Origin: Harriotta raleighana
Taxonomy: Eukaryota
Direction: 5' to 3'
Assembly (NCBI GenBank): GCA_050575255.1
Contig: JBNZDD010013696.1
Location: 3,925,557-3,989,556 of the forward strand
Length of the DNA stretch: 64,000 bases
In this document: piece by piece, positions 26,975 to 39,059 of the stretch
Layout: each line of letters starts with the position of its first letter
Position numbering within the stretch: the first letter of the stretch is position 1
Program-made: the position numbers and the translations under genes
The notes under the pieces: model-generated
The model's database searches: none
The model's input: the letters and a program-made list of their open reading frames with translations, nothing else
Told to the model about the DNA's origin: nothing

Positions 26975-28689
26975 GTAAGAGCTTTTGCTTGCTACTATTT
27001 TGCTTCTGCTTCGCATTGCATGGTTACCATCTGTCAAGACCTCTCCTGATTATTATTAATGTAAGCTAAGTAAGAATTGTTTTCTACAATGTATTTATTG
27101 TGTGTCTTCTCTTTCACTCAGTTTAAACTTGCCAACGTCCATCCCTTCCTGTTGGATTTTGCCCAAATTTGAAATCATCCCAAACTTTAATGAATGATCT
27201 TACAAATTCTGCCGACAGAATATTTTTCAAGAACTGTAGTTGGTTTAAGGAACGGTTCAGGTGACAACAAGAAACTTTGTTCCCATTGTGTAGTTAGACC
27301 ACCTTGTCACTTCTCCCTATTCTGGCTTAGAGGAGGATTACACAAGGTTCTAATGTGTCATGTCAAAGGGATTTCACACAAGAAACTATTGGAATGTGTG
27401 CAGTATATTAAGATGGCAAGAGTGTTCAGATGACAAGAATTTGCCTGGTGGGTTTGCACAGTTGTGGTGGAAATGCCACCTCGAATAGATACAAAGAGGA
27501 ATGTTAGCACATGTCCACTTAGACGAAGCAAAGTAAACCTAGAATAAAAGGCAGTATAAGCAGATTCATAAGAGAGATTACAAAAAGCTAGGAATGTGTA
27601 TGCACCACCCAATTGCTGGTGTGAAAACTAAAAATATACAATATCTCCGAGCATCCACAAGGTTCCCACCCAGAGAGAAGCAGTTACATCTCACTCCATG
27701 TCCTTCCCAGTCGTGTACAACACCCCAAAGTTCTCTGTAACATATAATGCACCAGCTAGTCACTATGGGAACCTGACAATTCATCATGAACATTAGGGCC
27801 AGTACATCACTTTCAGCTAAACCTGAAGCATTCAGCAACTCCATTCATCAAACCGAGAACTTTTCCCGTGTCAAACATGCTCAGAGCATTGAGCTATGAT
27901 GCCCCAGGGCTCTCTGTCAACAGCCCAGTAAAATGACACCACACCTGCATACGTTCACAATTCTGTTACAATCGGGTCAATGTGAGACTCTCTATACTAT
28001 TCACCACTTTCATTAAAGTGCAGAGCAGGTTTGGTTAGAGCAGCGTTTACACGCCGCCAAGTAATTGTGGAAGCAAAGCACGATTTTCTGCAACTCTATA
28101 AAGACTCTCTCTCTCAACACACTACCTAACGAGGTATTTTACACTTATTTTCAATGCAAATGTGAGGAGAGGTGGGAATTTGAAAACGAGGGATAATTTG
28201 TACACTCTGGCATGTGTGTTTTTTTTCTTTATTTACTCTGGTCTTCCATGCATAAGCTTCCAATTCAATTCCCTGACCCTCCCATAGCTTGGCTGAATTT
28301 CATAAGATTTGATCCCCACTTATGTCCCGTTTATCTTCTCATAAATCATGACACAAATAGCGAGGAGGGTAAAAAAAAAAAAAAGTCAATAGCTATAAAA
28401 AGATGGGAACGCCAAAATCACCTTTTTAACTTAGGGGAGAGATTGGTGAACGATCGTTCACTTTGACTTATTTGAATAATTCTGAAATGTCAAACTGTCC
28501 TTTCCTTTATTCCAACTACAAACAGAAAGAATTCTTCAATGAAACAAATCTGAACGGCACCGCTGGTGTTTAATCCATTATAAAAACTCAGCGGAACCCT
28601 CTTCCTATCCTATCATGCTAATGTTTTATCTTATAATAGTGATAATGATAATAATAATAATACAATTTAATTCCTGTTTCCCTGATGCC

Positions 28690-28990
28690 TCTGCGGTGAT
28701 TGCCCAATGTGATGCTGATCCATATACAGACCAGGAAGCTTTCAGATCGATTTGCCTAGGTTTGTGCTGAGTTGAGAGCATTTAGACACTTGAACTGACA
28801 AGATGCTACATTTGGCTTCAGTTGCTTCTCTCTTTCCCCATCCACGACCTCACCCCCTCTCCACCACCCCCTCCACCACCCCCTCTCTTCGTCACTCTTC
28901 CTCTCTGGGCTCAGGAGGTGATAAATCAATTCTGCTGGAAAGCATACGTGTATTGGGTGAACAGGTCAAGCTTGATTGCTACGTTGCTGA
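28690..28990 (+). mobile_element. Old SINE resembling AmnSINE2
   Basis: tacagaccaggaag...tgtgctgagtt...gctacatttggcttcag...ctgctggaaagc...gggtgaacagg, motif order as in the recalled AmnSINE2 consensus; antisense relatives at about 30074-30235 and 34590-34773. Confidence 0.45.
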
Positions 28991-30534
28991 GTTGAGAAGG
29001 CCACAGTCTAAGCTTACAGATAAATAACGGCCACTTAAGCCAGGTGCCAGAGGCTGCCGTGCCCATTGAGCTGTGCCACAACCCAGTGTGAGCTGCCACC
29101 GCCTTCACAACAGAAATGGAAGACAAATATTTAAAAACTCCCAAGGAATTATTAGTCATGCAACCATTTCATACAATTCGTTCATTGATCGGGTGGAGAA
29201 GTTGCATTTGATTCCTGTCGACAACCCCTGCATAATTTTAATTAAAGGAAAGTCAATCCTGGATGTGAATTCCCCCTCACCCTGTGATAATTTTCTTTTA
29301 AACATTTCCTCCCTGCATTCTAAGTATCATTCACAATTTAAAATTATTTCCGATCAGTTGACTGCTTTTTGACAACTTCCTCTGATTGAGATGTTTCCTT
29401 TCCATATTTTTTCTTCTTGTCAAATTGGTGTCATTTCATTATTGTAAAACCACTTACAAGTTTAACACTCTCCTTAATATTGTTTATGTGGTTGTCAGTA
29501 TTCATTGCAATCAACTGAGCAAACATCTATTTACTTTAAATTCTGAGTCACATTACTTGTTACCCAACACTTCCATCCAAACTTCTGAGCAGTCTAAAGA
29601 TTACACATTGTTTCTAAATCCATAAATCCTTCGAAGACTATCATCAAAAATTTCAGATGAAGTTGCAGACATCAGCTACTTTTATTTGAATTGTGTGCAC
29701 TTGGATATAACGCCACTTTATTTTTGGCACATCACTTTGATTCAAATTATACGGGGATTAAGGAGGATTATATTTTGTTCTCTATTCACATCAAAGATCT
29801 ACAGAGAGACAAATCCATTTACTGAATCATATCCAAATCAGTTATTAAATAAATGACACATTTAGTGTTTTGCTATTTTATTGAGCGAGGGAAAGTGGAT
29901 TTTGTTTCCCCCCCCCCCAAAAAAAATGGTCTTAATTCTAACCACATAGATTAAAATCATTTTAAATTCAACCATTCTTATGAGAGTATGAATCCTATAA
30001 AAGTGCTGCTTTCAATTTCATTCTTAATGTGTGAGCCTTGACATTGAGTGTCAGCGGGGAAACTGTTCTGCCCCGGGGATATTATAACCGAGTCTGTCTT
30101 GTCCTCAGCCAACACTGGTAGACATTCCAGTAGTCATCATTGGTTAGTATTCTGAATCAGGCAAGAACCCCTGTTCTCTTTGCCTTCCCTTTCTCTGCCC
30201 TCTCCCCTCCCCCCTCACTCCCAGAGATACTGAATTTACCGAAAATGAACCTTCCACAAGCCTCACTTAGTTCATCTGATAACTAAGCACAAACCATGGA
30301 TTAAATCTGCAATCTGCCAGTCAGTATTGATCAGCACTACACAACGCACAGCATTCAGCCATTCGGGGAAAACCACTTTCTCCCATATTAAGGCCAGTTT
30401 CAAAGTTTCCTCTTCTTTTGTTTGAAGGGGAGCTTTCAAAAGCTTAACATAACAAACCAAAAGCCACTTGCAATGTGCCGTTTGCTTACTGTTGCTGAAT
30501 TGTAAAAATGTTCTTTATCCTTTCCTACACGCAG

Positions 30535-30604
30535 CAACCCTTCTATCATAAAAAATATACAGACCAGCCTTGGATATGGCTCACCACTCAGTGCTGCTTT
30601 ACAG
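30535..30604 (+). CDS. FOXP1: FOXP1 coding exon (exon 19 equivalent)
   Basis: cctacacgcag acceptor, gtaaga donor. 70 nt, phase 2 to 0; NPSIIKNIQTSLGYGSPLSAALQ. Confidence 0.93.
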
Positions 30605-31204
30605 GTAAGATCAGCGTCTGGCATGCTCGGGTCTGCTGAGCCCACAGTCTCCAAATTCCTTGTTCAATCCGCAAAATGACTCTCGCACTAATTAGATATT
30701 AAAATTTAATTTCTTTAAACTTTTTAAGTGCACAAGGCATTAAAGCCCTGGGGCGTCCGCATTGTGAGCCACTGGAGCGTTAGCTGGTTGTTTCGCACTT
30801 TGAATATTGTGGCAAAAATTAAAAGTTCACTTATTAATATTTATCAGTGGTATCATAATTTCCACCATCTTATTTCAGATTGTGGCTCGGGGCGAAAACA
30901 CCACAAGTGTAATTACTCCGGCACAACTATTAATGTGCTGAAATGATGGGATTCTGTGTCACATGGCCCCCTATTGTTACTGACTTTAAGGAGGAAGCAC
31001 GAGGGCAGCTCAGTTTCTGTTATCATTAGCATATTTTTATCTTGAAGTGCGGGCACATCGCAGTTCAGTCAGATTTTCCCTGTCCCCCTCCCCTCCCACC
31101 ACCACCACCACCACCACCCCACTACCAATTGGGTTCACAACCCACTTCCGCTGCCAAAGGGAGGGTGTCCAAAGTGATAGATATTGTTGCTACGTTGTGG
31201 CATG

Positions 31205-31314
31205 ATAATAATCCTTGCATTTGAGAAAGCGCCTCGCGGTGTCGTTGAGACGCCTCAAGCGCTTCTCAGAATATACTGTACAGGGTATTGATTTGTATAT
31301 TTTGTGGGCAAAGC
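31205..31314 (-). mobile_element. SINE 3' tail fragment
   Basis: ataataatccttgcatttgag...gagacgcctcaagcgcttctcagaatatactgt. Confidence 0.75.
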
Positions 31315-32902
31315 GAGGTGCTATTTGGAAGTGTCGCAGGTCACATTGCCCTGAAACGAAAGCCGCCCACCACTCAAGCCAAAAGAGAAACTTGTCGAGA
31401 CTTACCTGGCTGGAAGGGCACCTCCCGAAAGAGAGGCGGCTTCAGACACATCAATTCAAAACATTCAGATAAAGAGTTGGAGAGCTTTTACACTACAGGA
31501 GAACACTGGGCTCGGTGTGCTACTTCGCTCTGAGGGATCTTGTCCCTGTCCAGTCCTCCCCAAACCACTTTTTTTTTTTTTTTAATTACGTTTAATTCCT
31601 TCGTAAACAAGCCAGTGGGGCTTTCTGCTTCAACCACAGTTTTTGGTGGGGCAGTCACCGTTTAATATCCGTGTTTGTGCGTGCATTTTTTTTTAAAAAG
31701 AGAGAGAGCACTATTCGAAATTTCAAAAGTAACATTTCTTCTCATTTGATTCTATCTGATGTCCTGCCCCAAAACATTGCTGAATATGAGGCTGTAACAT
31801 GCACTTGGTTAACTAAGGAAACATCCACAATACAAGGATATTGACAGTGAAGATAACATATTTGTCCTCTTTTGACTCTTTAGGCATGTACTGACCTCTG
31901 ACATGAAGGGTGGGTGGGGGAGAGAGAAAATGAGGAAGAACGTTAATAGGTAGCTAGAAGGAAAATAGTAAATACCATTTGCTGTCAGCTTGTAGTCCTC
32001 GGGGACACATCAAATAGTTTTAGAGCCTATTTTATCTTGCAGAAGATATTAAAAATTGCAAGCAGTTTTGTGGCTTTTTACACATTATGTGCCATAAAAA
32101 AATGCTGGCAGCAATCTCCAACTTCTATGCACATCAATGTGGTATTTAACCAATGTGTAATTACTGCATTTGACGTACTCGCTCCAGTAATAAGAAGTAC
32201 ATTTGTGCCCAAATGTTCTACTCCCAATTTGCAAAATGGAGTGGATATGAACAGGGCAAGTGCAAAGATATTGAAGACATGCAGACATATATTAACGCAG
32301 ATTGTCAGGAAAATGTTTAGTACTCAAAATTAACTGTGTGGGAATTCGGGGGGGGTGGGCGATCATCCACTTCTTTCAAGACACAGTCTGCCTTGGTGGA
32401 AAAAGACCCAGGTTTTCTTTGGTGATCCTCGGGCAACAAAGTTCCTAATCTCAATCGAGCCCTGGTCTGCAGGAAGCACAAGGCAGAATGACGCCTGGCT
32501 GATAGTCCAGTGTTTGCTTTTGGGTGTGCATGGGAATGTGGCATGGGCAACACACCAAACCAATGGCTGCAATCTGCTGATCGTATGTAGTCAGCCTGGC
32601 ACATGTCAGCAGGGCACTTGACTCAGAGGCAGATGTTTTGTGCTTTGTGGGGACTTTTAAGATCACTGCCCAGGCTGACACATCCTCTGATGAAATGCTA
32701 TTGCAATTTTGGCATTGTCGGAGGTGCTGTCCATTTGATGAGACATGAACCCAAAATTCAATGTTGGTTTATTTGATGTATTTGCATCAAAGTACCCCAA
32801 ATCACTGGTTCTGCAGGATTATTAGCTGGGTGGGTAGCCTCTTCTCACCTCACCCCCACCTACATGTCTAAAAAATGAATTTTCCTTGTGTTCTTATCAC
32901 AG

Positions 32903-33069
32903 GCTTCAATGGCTGAAAATAACATACCTCTGTACACTACTGCTTCCATGGGACATCCCACTATAGCTACCATGGTGAGTAGTATCCATGAGGAGCTAAA
33001 TGGTGCAGTGGAGCATGCAAATAGCAACGAGAGTGACAGCAGTCCAGGACGCTCTCCACTGCAAACTAT
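32903..33069 (+). CDS. FOXP1: FOXP1 coding exon (exon 20 equivalent)
   Basis: ttatcacag acceptor, gtgagt donor. 167 nt; [55 protein letters not shown]. Confidence 0.96.
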
Positions 33070-33516
33070 GTGAGTACACTGAGCAATGCTTTCTGTCGTC
33101 CTTTCCGCCTGTGCATTTCCCCTAGTTTCATATCCTCCACATTCCAATAATCTTCCAACCGGTTATATATGTATATATAATACTTCCAGCCCTATTTCTT
33201 AGTTAGGTCTTAGTTGGGTATTGATAACAGCTGTTTAAAAAATACTAATGTGTCCCATCAAAACTTTATCCTCCAAAATTGTAATTGTTCCAACTTCCAT
33301 CGCTGTGTCTTAGTTCAGTCTTGTTGCTTTTTGAGCTCTTTGCCATTGAGTGGAAATGTGCAGTTGAGCTTGAATCGGGCTATTCTTTTTCTTCTGAAAA
33401 GTTGCCCACAGGCTTCTTTCAAGCAGTAGACGCAGGATAGAGCACGAGGATGACGAGCATGAATCAGTAATATGCTTGCTTCATGTTGGGGAGATGCAAC
33501 AGGGTTTAGGAGTCGG

Positions 33517-33896
33517 TCTGGCTCAGTTAATAGATAGCACGTTCCCCTCAACGTTCGCAGGTTGTGGGTTCTGCTCACAGTCTATGCCAATGCATTGCTG
33601 GGGAGTGCTGCATTGTTTGATTTGAGGTGACGTACTCCAGATGAGCCATTAGACCAATGCCCCGCCTGCCTGTTCTGGTGGTACGCAAGGAAAATGTGAC
33701 ACTTTTCGAGAAGAGGAGGGAGTTTCCATCGGTGTCCTTGCCAACAATTCCCACTCCTCCCACAAACATTCCAAAAATGAAGTCATTCACTTCATGCCCG
33801 TTTCCGGGTCACTAATGTGAACAAATTGGCCGCCTACAAATACATGGTCACTAACCTTTTACAGAAGCGTCGTATCAATGCAAGAATTATTATTAT
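33517..33896 (+). mobile_element. Degenerate full-length Deu-domain SINE
   Basis: tggctcagtt head, gggagtgctgcattgt...cagatgag...ttttcgagaagaggagggagtt...ggtgtccttgccaaca core, aatgcaagaattattatt tail. Confidence 0.6.
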
Positions 33897-36800
33897 GAAC
33901 ATTGGCTGCGGTATAAAGAATGACACATTTGGCGTGACCCCTCCCCCTCCCACAACCACGTTGGTTTTCAGCCCCTCCCCACCCTCCCCCCAGGATGGCA
34001 GATACAGCAATTTGGGCATCAAGGTAAAGTCCAGCTCTCTGCCCCTAGATATTATGGTTTAAATGTATGGCAGCGAGAGTGTGAGGAGGGTTGGTGGGGG
34101 GTGAGGCAGCAACAACTGAACCAGCCTCTGCACACCCATCTATGATTTTTTTATTACTGGCCCGAACAAAACTTTTTTTTTTGGTCCCAAGAGATCCGAG
34201 GGAAAATCCACAGTTAAGAACCGATTTCACGCCTGCCAGCTTGAAACCAGATTCTCAATTTTAAAACCCAGCTTGGTGCTGTGGTGGGAGGGAGGTAGGG
34301 TAGGTATTCTGGAAGGGTGAGAGCCAAACTAAGCTGGCCTTGCGAATGTTGAGTACGTCCACGTACGCCTCTTCATGTTGCTTCAGGGTAAAGGTCCCAG
34401 CACCTCCAGCTTCATGGGGCTTCACACTAAAAGGTGCCTTCATTCACTTCCCTGTAGTATAAAACTTGGATGGAGGAGTTTCGAGTTATCTTTCTCCTTT
34501 CTCCCCACCGATCACATTTTCTCCAACTCTGCTGTATTTCTCTGGTATCAAGGTGAGCTGGTGTTACTACCCCCCACCATCCCGCCTTTCCAAAGTCTGT
34601 TGGTATTTGTAACAAGGTGTTGTTAAGAGGAACCTGGTTAAAAACTTGCCTGATAATTTTCCCCCCCTCCCTCCCTCCTCAGGAGATATGGCTTTCCCCT
34701 GGACTCACCAGCTTCTATCTCAGCTCAGCTGAGATCAGGAATTCACCTTGTGAGCAACCCCAGGTGCGAACCCACATCCTATTACAGCTTATATTCTGTC
34801 CCGTTGCGCACTTCTACACCTCCGCTTGTGTGTGTGTGTTTTTTTTAAAAAGCCCAAATTGTTTTGATCTCAAGGATCTTTAGAATACAATTGCAGCGCA
34901 GTTTACATTGCAAATTTACATTCACAACCGCAAAACAATTTTAAGAGAATTGACATTTGTTAACTGGTCTTGCTGTTGGATTGAAAACAACTTGAACTTT
35001 ATATAGCACCTCTCGGATTAGGATAACATCTCAAAGCGCTAGACACCAAGTACGAAGCGAGGGAGGGAGGGAGGTTGGGGTGAAATTGACTGAAAGTGCG
35101 GTCGAACAGGTAAGTTCTCATGTGTGTCTAAAAATAGGGGGAATAGCAAGAGAGGAAGAACGAGGATGTAAGGTGAATGAATTTCGGGTGCGCGATTCCA
35201 GAGAGCCAGTGACAAACTATGAACTGTTCGAAAGAACTGTTTAGGGCACGTTGCAGCCTTCTCTAAAGGGTTGCGATGTGCAAGTTGCAAGGTGAACAAC
35301 TGTCAAGCCAGCAAGTGTTGCTCTATAATGAGAGCTTCACATGGCAGAGCTGTGTGAATTCCACAGCTAGATTTCCTGTGATCTCTTGAAAAATAACCAT
35401 TCAAACGAGGTTGAGTATACAAATTCAAAAAGTGGGATAATTAGATCCAGGATGGCCTACAGCAAAGCCAGCTCTTTTTTTTTTAGCTTCTTTTTTTAAT
35501 ATAACTGGTTATAGTACAATCCTTTGCATGTTTTTTTTTGCATAAACAAATGATGCCGACAACAAAACAAGCGTTCAAACAAAGGTGTTGAATATTTTTC
35601 TGCCTCCAGCCACTGTAAACCTAAAAGTTGTAATAAATTTTGCAGAATAAAACTGCTCATTCACTTGCTTACATTATAAGCTTAAAATAATATGCTGCAG
35701 ACAGCATCATTGCCAGGCATTAATGGTCGCTCATATGAAAGGCTACATGATTTATAGATCACTCTTAAAATATCAAAAGGAAAATTAATAGGAGCATTAC
35801 AGTACCAGACGGCAGTATAATGAGCGCATATATAACAGTATGAAGTAATGGGAGATTGCTGTCCACACTAAGTATGGATGGCGTTGAGGGCAGAATGGAA
35901 CAGGAAGGGTAAGGCAGGATGGGTGGGTTGCTGTCCTATGGGTGTTCGTAGTATTTATAGGGATTATTGAACAAGTTTCTCTCTCTTCCTCCCCCCTCCC
36001 CACCCCCCACCCCCCTCTCTTTCTCTGCTGACTCTGGGAAAAAATGCATCTTATTGCAATCTTTAAAACTGTCAATACGAGAGGAAGTTTCTATGCATGT
36101 GAGATTAGTTTTTTTGATTAATCAGTGTGGTTTGTTGCATTTTGTTACATCTGCTTTACATCTCATGATTTGAGTCTGGCCCCAAAAAAAATTAATCCCC
36201 AAATTACATTAAAAATCTGGGAAACTTGCGGTTTGACGCAGTTGGAGTTAACCGATCGAAAGCTGAATATGTCAACATGTACTGTTCACTCGCTCTCTGG
36301 CTTGTTTGTTGGCAAACTTTGGGCCACCTTTGCAGAAAAGCGAATGTTGTTCTTTAAAGTTGCATCTGTTTACTCTAATACATGTGGTTTGTTGTGCACA
36401 GAATGTATCTTTAGATAAAAATCAACATCACTTTGAACCTAATGTAAAGACTTCGCAAGGGAAGCGCTGAGTGTAAAAAAAATAGAACACAGCAATAGTT
36501 GTGTTAAACCACTTGCTGGTCTAACAACAGTGTTTAAAACCCCCTTTGCATTGCTGCTGAAGCCCTGTATCCCTCTTCAAACACTGCAACAACAAAGTAA
36601 GCATTGTTAGCGAAGAATTTTTCTCATTGTGGCTACAAGCCAGTGAGGCTTTTGTTTTCTTTGAAACGCTGGAAAGTACATACACATGCAGTAGAATAAT
36701 TACTGCTCCGGGACAGTGCACTTTCATCCTGACATGCTCCAAAGGTATAGTCACAAAGCAAACTGTGCCATGCTGTGTGTATCAATGAAGCACAATATAT

Positions 36801-38039
36801 GTCTAAACCAGCAGAGCTTCAATGAAAGCCCTCCCAGTCCCATCCAAGCTCCGAAGAAACAAATGAATTATTACAATGTGAAAAGCGCCAGATAAGAATT
36901 GGAAATGTGTTTGCAAGTGGCTGTTTACTGAGGCACCCAGGGAGATCAGGGGACAGGGTCTGTATGGGTGGTGGGTGTCAGTCAGCGGGGAATGAGCTGG
37001 GAAAAGGAGTGGGGGCGGGTGGGGGGCAGAGAGGGGCCAGTGATAAGAGTCAGTTGCTTTTTTTTTAAAAAGAGAAAAGAAAAACAATGAATGCTTTTTA
37101 AAATGTGACTTGTTTTGAAAGCAGTAGGGCGTTCTCTGCTTTTCCACTTTACTTCCTGTTTCAGTGTATGATAGTCAAGCAAAAGAAACAAACCCATCGA
37201 GAACACACACTGTCTTTCAATCTTTTTTTCAAAAAAACAAACTCTTGTTAGCTCAGGAAAAGGCACTGTTTGCTCACTGGTGTGTTTACATGAGCTTCCT
37301 GACAAAGCCGCCACCCCCCCCCCCCCCCCCNCCCCCCCCCCCCCCCCCCCCCCCCCACAACAAAAAAAATCTATTTGTGTTTCTGACTGGATTGTTGTAA
37401 ATGTGATTTACGCAGGACATTTTTCAATTGATATCGCTGTGGTTTCATAAAATCAACCCACATTCTCCCCATGGGTTATTCATGTGCTATTCAGTAATGA
37501 GAATTTGGCAGATCTCATCTCCTTAGTGCATCCCTTGCCCAGTCCAAGGGCTGGGATCATGTTCTGCCTTGTTTACAACTGACAGCATTATTATTCTCGT
37601 TAGGAATGCAGTTCCTTATCGCACTGTTGTGTTTAGTGGGCTTTTTCCTTTCAGCCTGTGTTTCCTGGCAGCGCTTTTCTTCCATTATTGACAGTTTGTA
37701 AAAATATGCATTAATTTGGAGTTTAAAGCATGTATCATGGTGTCTAGTTGCTGTGTTCGGTTGAAGTTGATTAATGATAGAACCTCACTCAGGGTCATCC
37801 TCTGGAGACAAGGCTCACAGGTTCTGCATGTTAACTAGAGCAGTGCTGCTCGCCCTGCTCGGCGATCAGCCTTCACTAGGTGCTTGACAAACAGCTGCTT
37901 TGTTGTGCTTATTTTCCTTTAATTTATGTTTTCTGGATGTTGTAAATCTATTGCATTATCAGTTTAAAAAATCATTTTATTTCAGTTACACGCATTTTCT
38001 CTGTAGACGGTGTCGCCTGCCCTATCTCTTTCCTCTCCC

Positions 38040-38787
38040 GCTCCCTCCTTCTCTTCTCAGTTAAGTCTTGTGGGGAGAAAAAATAATTACCGAAGCTTCC
38101 TCCAATATACGAATAATAATAATAATAATCCCTGCATTTGATATAGCGCCTTATCACATCTTCGACACGCCTCTAAACTCGTCCACAGAATATTCGATAA
38201 CATGTAGTGTGTGCAGCAGTGTCCCACAAACAGTCGTGGATTGAGTGGCCAAATTATTATTTCAAAGAAATTTTGAAGGGATTATTTTACCCACGAAAAG
38301 NGCTCCCTCCTTCTCTTCTCAGTTAAGTCTTGTGGGGAGAAAAAATAATTATCGAAGCTTCCTCCAATATACGAATAATAATCCCTGCATTTGATATAGC
38401 GCCTTATCACATCTTCGACACGCCTCTAAACTCGTCCACAGAATATTCGATAACATGTAGTGTGTGCAGCAGTGTCCCACAAACAGTCGTGGATTGAGTG
38501 GCCAAATTATTATTTCAAAGAAATTTTGAAGGGATTATTTTACCCACGAAAAGTGACCGGACAATTTAATAAGAACCGGGGCTCCTACTCACCGCTGGGT
38601 ATATAGAGGCTTGTGGAGTAAGGAAACTCGCCCAACATGTCGCCCTGCCCGGGAATCGAACCCAGGTCCNGTGACCGGACAATTTAATAAGAACCGGGGC
38701 TCCTACTCACCGCTGGGTATCTAGAGGCTTGTGGAGTAAGGAAACTCACCCAACATGTCGCCCTGCCCGGGAATCGAACCCAGGTCC
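38040..38787. repeat. Two short tandem duplications, each joined by a single N (38040-38300 / 38302-38553 and 38553-38669 / 38671-38787)
   Basis: Copies differ by (AAT)n length and a few substitutions; N at 38301 and 38670. Confidence 0.92.
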
Positions 38788-38832
38788 TCTCGCTGGCGAG
38801 GCAAACGCGCTAACTACTACTCCAATGGAATT
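38112..38832 (-). mobile_element. tRNA-derived SINE (inflated by the two N-joined duplications) ending ~80 nt upstream of the last exon acceptor
   Basis: (aat)n tail, gtggagtaaggaaactc body, gggaatcgaacccaggtc B box on the - strand. Confidence 0.85.
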
Positions 38833-38911
38833 CCAGAGAGTGAAGGACAAAATGGTGATGGTGGCACAGATATACCTCTCTTGCCCTAATAGTGATGTGG
38901 TTCCGTTGTAG

Positions 38912-39059
38912 GTATCCTATCCACGTTAAGGAGGAACCTGTGGATGCAGAAGATATGGAGGAGGGTCCACTTTCCTTGGTGACAACAGAAAACCATAGTC
39001 CAGAGCTGGACAATCACAAAGAATATGAAGAGGACCAAGGGAATGAAGACATGGAATGA
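38912..39059 (+). CDS. FOXP1: FOXP1 last coding exon (exon 21 equivalent) with VKEE SUMO consensus and stop codon
   Basis: ccgttgtag acceptor; (AT+G) [49 protein letters not shown], then TGA at 39057-39059. The spliced path through exon 18b is 1213 nt and in frame throughout. Confidence 0.96.

Noticed and set aside
37315-37356. Polyproline-coding or functional poly-C tracts (also 5762-5786 and 40558-40588)
   Set aside because: Homopolymer runs containing an N, typical of sequencing breakpoints; lengths are unreliable.
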